Assembly: GCA_002189035.1 (NCBI GenBank)
Contig: NEEC01000012.1
Location: forward strand, 2,976,001-3,040,000
Source of the DNA: Utricularia gibba
Lineage: Eukaryota; Plantae; Magnoliophyta
DNA: 64,000 nucleotides
Direction: 5' to 3'
A program made the translations under genes and the position numbers. Below are positions 58,457 to 64,000 of this stretch, piece by piece. The first letter of the stretch is position 1, and each line of letters starts with the position of its first letter. Below the pieces are notes generated by a model that saw nothing but the letters and a program-made list of their open reading frames with translations, did not search any database and was not told the DNA's origin.

Positions 58457-59966
58457 TTAGAATCTCAGGATCTTCTTACAGGCACCGCACCGTAGCTTAT
58501 CATGTCCTCTCTTGAAGCTGATGAAGCTGGAGGGAAGCTCTAACGGCTCCCAACAAAAGCGACAAGCAACAAACGGGGCTCCGCCTCCTACAGGTAGGAG
58601 TGCTTTTTTCACAGTTTGGGATGTCTTTTTAAGATTCAACCGTTTGATCTCCTCCTCGAGGTTTGTCGCAATGCCCCCTAGTGAGTCTTCTCTGCTCACA
58701 GGATGTGAGATATCATACCCGTTGAAACAATGGGGCCTGCTCTTAATGTGCAATGGCATCTGGGATGGGCAATGCCCGTCCTCATGGTAGCAATGCGAAC
58801 GAGAGCTGCACGCTTGATGATCATATGGTGTCAAATCCCTCAACCCACCATGCCTCAATAGATAGTTGTGGTCACCATGATCTGAATATGTTTCCCTTTG
58901 AACTGGTCGCAAGTGATCATAGTGCAAAGATGGAGGATTGTGATCTTCAGCAAGGAGGTTTCTGTGCAAGGGGAATTTTGAAATCCCCTTGAGCTTATCT
59001 TCCAGCTCTTGAATTGTTCTCCTAAGTTCCATCTGATTCAGTTCCTCCAACTGCTTTACATTCTCTGAAGAATTGAATCCTTGAGCACTGCTGACTCTCT
59101 CAGGGAATGAATCCCGGGGATCAAATGGCAAACTGGAAACATCCCCTTGATTGTATGGTGATCTCATGCCACCTCTACCTCTGGATCTATAGCTCCTTAC
59201 ATTCGGGGCATCATTCAAAATGCTCCTGGTGCTCTTGAACTCAACCTCCTTATCTTTTCTCAACCGCCATGAAGATTTATCCCACTTCTGATCATCCCCT
59301 CCATCGTGGCAAGATTCATTACTCTGATTACCATAGTAGCTTGCTGGAGATGGGGACCTTGTTTTCAGCTTCAAATGGGGGTCAGCTGCAGATTTATCGA
59401 ACCGGACATTTCTTCTAAAACTAGGGGCATCATAATCAAGCTCCTCTTGGTCAGAAGATGAGAGATACAAGGATACATGGCTATCAGAAGGGACATCCTT
59501 AGACCCCCCATGGAATCAGAAAATTGAAAATAATTGGTCTCATGAAAGCTTCTACCTTCATTTTCCACATGGCCCTCAATCAGTTTTCCCTTCCCTTTTC
59601 GATTCAGAGAGTATTCAGAGGCAATCTCAGATGAAGTAAAAGGTCCCTCAGAAACACTCATCTCCTCACAGCTATCTTTTTGCTGTGCTGTTTCAGATGA
59701 TTCTCTCACCCCCTGTTGCTTAACACTTGTGGGTGACTCAGTTTCTGAGTCAACAGAGCTGGTTCTCGAATTTTTAGCTTCATAAAAGGAGATGAAGTAT
59801 AAGCCTCAATATGACTGAAGGATTCACAGAGGCAAGCAGAGATATATGTACCTTGGATCACTGCTCCACAATTTGCGCATCTGTAGATGGAGTGCTCAGG
59901 CATCTCTGGTAGAAGTTTCAGACACCCGTAGCATCTCACAACACGAACCTTCACTTCTTTTGACAT
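58457..59966 (-). CDS. EDR4-like/DUF3133 double zinc-ribbon protein, apparent frameshift at 59504-59509
   Basis: N-terminal VRVVRCYGCLKLL...YRCANCGAVIQA and C-terminal PVGGGAPFVACRFCWEPLELP...KLRCGACKKIL. Exons 59852-59966 and 58457-59777 total 1436 nt, one short of a whole number of codons. Confidence 0.78.
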
Positions 59967-60584
59967 TCCTAAAGATCCACATCAGATTCTCAGTCAAACC
60001 AGAGATGAAAGAACTGAGAACTGATGTCACAGAAGCACAAAAATGAAAGAAACATGATACCTGGATGGAAATCCTGAGCTCCGTCCAGAAGAAGCTGAAA
60101 TCTTGGGCAGCAAAAGTATGAACAATCAAGTGGCTATATATGCTGGCGAGTTACAGCTCACTTCCCTTTGACCAAGTGGCCGAAGACCATTTCCACACAC
60201 GGGGTCTATTGCGAAATGAATTGACTATGGAGGAAGCAGATGAGTTGACTTCTTCTAATCGTACAGTAAACCTGAGGAAGTCTTGTAAAACTGAAGCACC
60301 TCATATCCATTCGTTCTTCTGGAAAGTTTACATTGCCCACAGCAACCAATAATTGGGCTCAAAACAGAGAAGCAGACAGCGGTGAGGCGATGGCGATAAT
60401 AATGAGGGTGGGGCACACGACGGGGTGGTTGCTCCGCCAGCAATTATGACCCCCGGCCTACCGGAATGAATAGTCACGCTTCGCTAGTTCTAAGTGTCCC
60501 TAACGACAATCCAACAGTCTCATGATCCTCCCTCCCCGCGTTGAATTCGCGGAGAGTTTAGAACGAAACGAGTAGATTCAAAAC

Positions 60585-61466
60585 GGTTACGTTTTTTTTC
60601 AATACAAATGTTTTACAAAAAACATATAATTCTATACTAACGTTTTTATAACGTAATTTTTGATACATACATTATCTAATTTTATAGATTTTACATACTA
60701 ATGTTTTCAAAATTTTTATTTTGAAACTAATGTTTTGAAAAATAGTATATTTTCAATACCAACGTTTTTTGAAAAAAAATTTTGGTACGTACGTTTATAA
60801 TTTATCTTTTAAATAAAAACATACATTTTAACACCTACATTATGAGAGCAAACGTTTACTAATAGGCTTTTATTCCAATACCTATATTTAGATGGCCCAT
60901 TCCCAAATAGAGAAATACAATATAATTAGGGTTACAACTATTGTTAGATACCATGATGAAATCTTCTAATTTTTGTTAGCCATCACGATCCACCATAAGC
61001 CACCCTTATTGTTGACCCGTCGCCCTCTTGACCCATCACGATCTTCCTTGTTTAGTACCTCATCACCCTCTTGACTCTGAGTCGGTGTTATCAGATTCTG
61101 AGTTTTATTGATAGTAATTTTAGATTCATCTTATTATATCATTCTTATTTGAATCATAAATTTATTGGGCAGATGTAGAATCGTATTGATTTAACTTTTG
61201 TATCAAAAAGTATGTGTGAAAAAACGTTTGTATTGTTTTTTTAACTTTTTAAAATAACGTATGTATTTAAACAATGTTTTAAAAAACGTTGATATTTGAA
61301 AAATAATATAATATTTAACGTTTGTACCAAAATGAAACATTTTGAAACGTTTGTATTGAATTTGAATAAAAACTGAAACGTTTGTATCACAAAACTATTT
61401 TCGAAAACGTGTGCATCTAATTATAAACAATCTTTGAAACGTTAGCATTAAAATGTATTTTTCACT
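60585..61466. mobile_element. Non-autonomous foldback/Mutator-like element with inverted subrepeat arrays and a 10-bp candidate TSD
   Basis: Left arm repeats TAC(A/T/C)AA(C/T)GTTT at about 30-bp spacing; right arm repeats its reverse complement AAACGTT(T/A/G)GTA. GATTCAAAAC occurs at both 60575-60584 and 61467-61476. Confidence 0.62.
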
Positions 61467-62149
61467 GATTCAAAACATAATAATATTTATATTTAAAATA
61501 ATTTATAAAGATTTTAAATAAAATAATTACATTAATTTGATGTGAATGAAACTTATTGTTGAAAGTAAAAAAACATAACTTATAAGAACTGGAGTTTAAT
61601 TTTTTAATATGAATACAAGTTTATATTGTAGCAAATTTGTGTTTTAAGTAATGGTTTGATAGGAAATTAAAAAATTATTTAATGTTAAATAACATATTTA
61701 ATAAATAATATTATTATATATTATAATTTCAATTATATTTTATTAATATTTTATTCATGGTAAAATATAATTTAAATATAAAATTATGATTTTAAAAAGT
61801 TTTTATTTTAATTCCCTGTTATGAATATTATAATAATACTATGTGTAAATTTAAGTATGAAATTTTCCATAAAATATATAATAAATAATTGTATATTAAA
61901 GAATAATATTTATATTCCTATATAAATTAACATTATTTATTTTTAATATATAATTAATTAAAATATTATATCAAATGAATACTCAATTTTTAAATTGAAA
62001 TTTATCCCACTTTTTCTGATATGAATTCTTTAAGTTTCAAAATGAAAATTAATTAGAACAAAATTAACATCCTTTTAGTTATGTGAAATAATTGAAACAC
62101 GTGATCAGAAAAAATGAAAACCTGATAGGAATGAGGGGAGGGGTTTCCA

Positions 62150-62155
62150 TATAAA
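62150..62155 (+). promoter_or_regulatory. TATA box, candidate pri-miR319 promoter
   Basis: TATAAA at the boundary between a very AT-rich block and a CT-rich transcribed-looking region that leads to the MIR319 hairpin. Confidence 0.35.
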
Positions 62156-63711
62156 TTCAAAATCTCCCCCATTACCAGCACCAAGATTTGATGCAAGATC
62201 CTGTGAACAGGTGACCTGCGAAACGTACCCGGTGCAGATGGCTTAGATCCCCCAGAAGGAAGTAAAGACGTGAAGTTTGCCCTTGAAAATCGTATGAGCT
62301 GGGGCTGGCTCCTTTACTCTTTTCACATGACCAGCCTCCGCTGGCTGCCTTCTGCTTCTGCGTCTGCTTCAGCTTCTGTGTCCCACGTGGTATCTGTTTC
62401 CCCTTAACTTTCTCCAATGAGCTCACTGTTTGCTTTCCGCAGTTCCCCTCTTTTCTTTTACTTTGGAATTTCACTGCACATTCCCGCACACACCCATATG
62501 GGTTTCTGTGTGCTTCAAATGTTTGCCGTCCCTTTCTCATCTCTGATTCTCACGAAGACAGCGACCCTTCATCTTCCCTGTTGAGTTTAGTCAGTAATTC
62601 TTCACTGTTCCTTGCTGGTATTCTTTTTCCTTTCAAATTTCTGATCTTTTGGAGCTCCAGCGTTCTTGCATCTCAATTTGTTTTTAAATATTGAATGGTT
62701 TCGTGAGACGATCCTGAGTCTCGTGTTTCTTCTCCTCGCCCTACTTCTGAATCTTCACAAATAATGATTCGGGGAGTGGGGTTTAGGGTTTTTTGATAAA
62801 GAAGCACGGCAGCCTTCGCCCGTCTGTCTTTCGTTCTTCTGGTGTTTCCCATTTGTTTTAACAAACATGTTTTAGAACTGCTTTATGGGTTGGTCTTGAA
62901 TCCTTTAAAGCCGCAATTTTTGGCATGTCTAGGGCTAAAAAGTCGCGGATGAAGTTTTTTTAATGGGGTATTGTTTTTATTCATTAGTGGTCGCGGATGA
63001 AGGTTTGCTTTCCTTTTTCGGGTTTCTTGAAAACTTTATGCTTTGCTTGTGTCAAGGATTTTTTTTTCTTTTGTTCTCTAGGGTTTCGTTCAGATCTTGA
63101 ATCCAATGGATAAGATGGGGTTTCTATCAAAATCTTCGCGTGGTTTGAACAATCCTCTCTTCTGGTAAACACTGTTTAAAAGAACTGTACAAGGTCAGCT
63201 GCTTGATTTGATTACTCGGCTGCTTTTTTCTGTGGCAAGGAAAGGACTGACATTTTTCAAGAGTAGTCTTTTTTCTGCGTGATTTTGAGCTCTGGTTCTT
63301 CTTATTAATACGTAGAAGTTGTGTTTGTCCTCCGCCTACTTGTTCTTCCAGTCATACCAACGCCCAACACAATTCCCTGCTTGAACTCCAAGAACTGCAA
63401 GGCTTCCCTGTCAGTAGTTTAGTTTTTTTTTTTTTTTCCTTGAGGTGCACATACCATCGCCAAGGTGCGAGTCTTGAATGGCTCTTGTTTATTACATTGA
63501 AGGTTGGCTATTGAAACCGAAGACATTTGTTTATTTTCCAAGTAGTGGCTTTTTGGATACAAGCAAACGACACCCTTGAGCTTTGGAGCTGTTCTCATCA
63601 CCACACAGTGGAAAGAACTTTGTCTCTTTGGCTAAAGACCTTTGACACTGTAGAGAAGTCCCACGTTCCAAATGAAAAGCTTCTTCTTTTTGCTGGTTTT
63701 TTTTTTCTTTG

Positions 63712-63925
63712 AAGGAGGTGCCCTACAGGAGGAGCTTTCTTCAGCCCATTCAGGGGTGAGACACCGAGGCTGAACTAGCTGCCGGCTCATTCTCTTGAGC
63801 GCGCATCAGAATGGAACAGACCATTCCGGTGTGGTTGAGTGAATGATGCGGGAGATGGTTCCATGCCTCTCTCCCTCTCTGGTTGGACTGAAGGGAGCTC
63901 CTTCATGTTCCCCTCCTCCATGTTT
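63712..63925 (+). ncRNA. MIR319: MIR319 precursor hairpin; mature miR319 at 63883-63903
   Basis: Mature TTGGACTGAAGGGAGCTCCCT on the 3' arm; star-like GGAGCTTTCTTCAGCCCAT at 63731-63749; the conserved loop-proximal pair AGCTGCCGGCTCATTC (63777-63792) and GAGTGAATGATGCGGGAGAT (63837-63856) typical of MIR159/319 long hairpins. Confidence 0.95.
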
Positions 63926-64000
63926 TAACTTGAGACGCTGCTCCCAACCCAACATTGTTCATTCTGAGTGTTGTCACTGCTGTGAATCCCATGGATTAGT

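Noticed and set aside
61480-62100. Extremely AT-rich tract
   Set aside because: Low complexity with no organised repeat; cannot assign function from sequence alone.

Overview
Gene-dense eudicot plant nuclear DNA: 21 protein-coding genes plus a MIR319 hairpin in 64 kb, with many introns only 63-120 nt. In order: THA1-like threonine aldolase, JMJ16-like demethylase, RDUF RING ligase, GeBP factor, BIK1/PBL-like kinase, cytosolic TPI, CYP90A1/CPD, PI-PLC, DREB2, CLSY1/2-like remodeler, BPP-like protein, ERD15-like PAM2 protein, class III peroxidase, a VPFxWExxPG-motif protein, WEB protein, TLC transporter, alpha-galactosidase, alpha-expansin, a UCP030365-like protein, TFIIS, an EDR4/DUF3133-like protein and MIR319. 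Points worth a second look: (1) nine apparent frameshifts in six otherwise conserved genes, each repairable by adding one base to a homopolymer, most likely assembly error; (2) a foldback/Mutator-like element with inverted arrays of ~30-bp subrepeats and a 10-bp candidate target-site duplication upstream of MIR319; (3) a JMJ16-like gene with intact catalytic residues but an in-frame stop and no FYR domains; (4) two GC-AG introns and one candidate GA-AG intron; (5) a 30-bp tandem repeat carrying three MSA-like motifs upstream of TFIIS. I found no convincing wholly new biological system. Identifications are by manual motif recognition and no database search was run.
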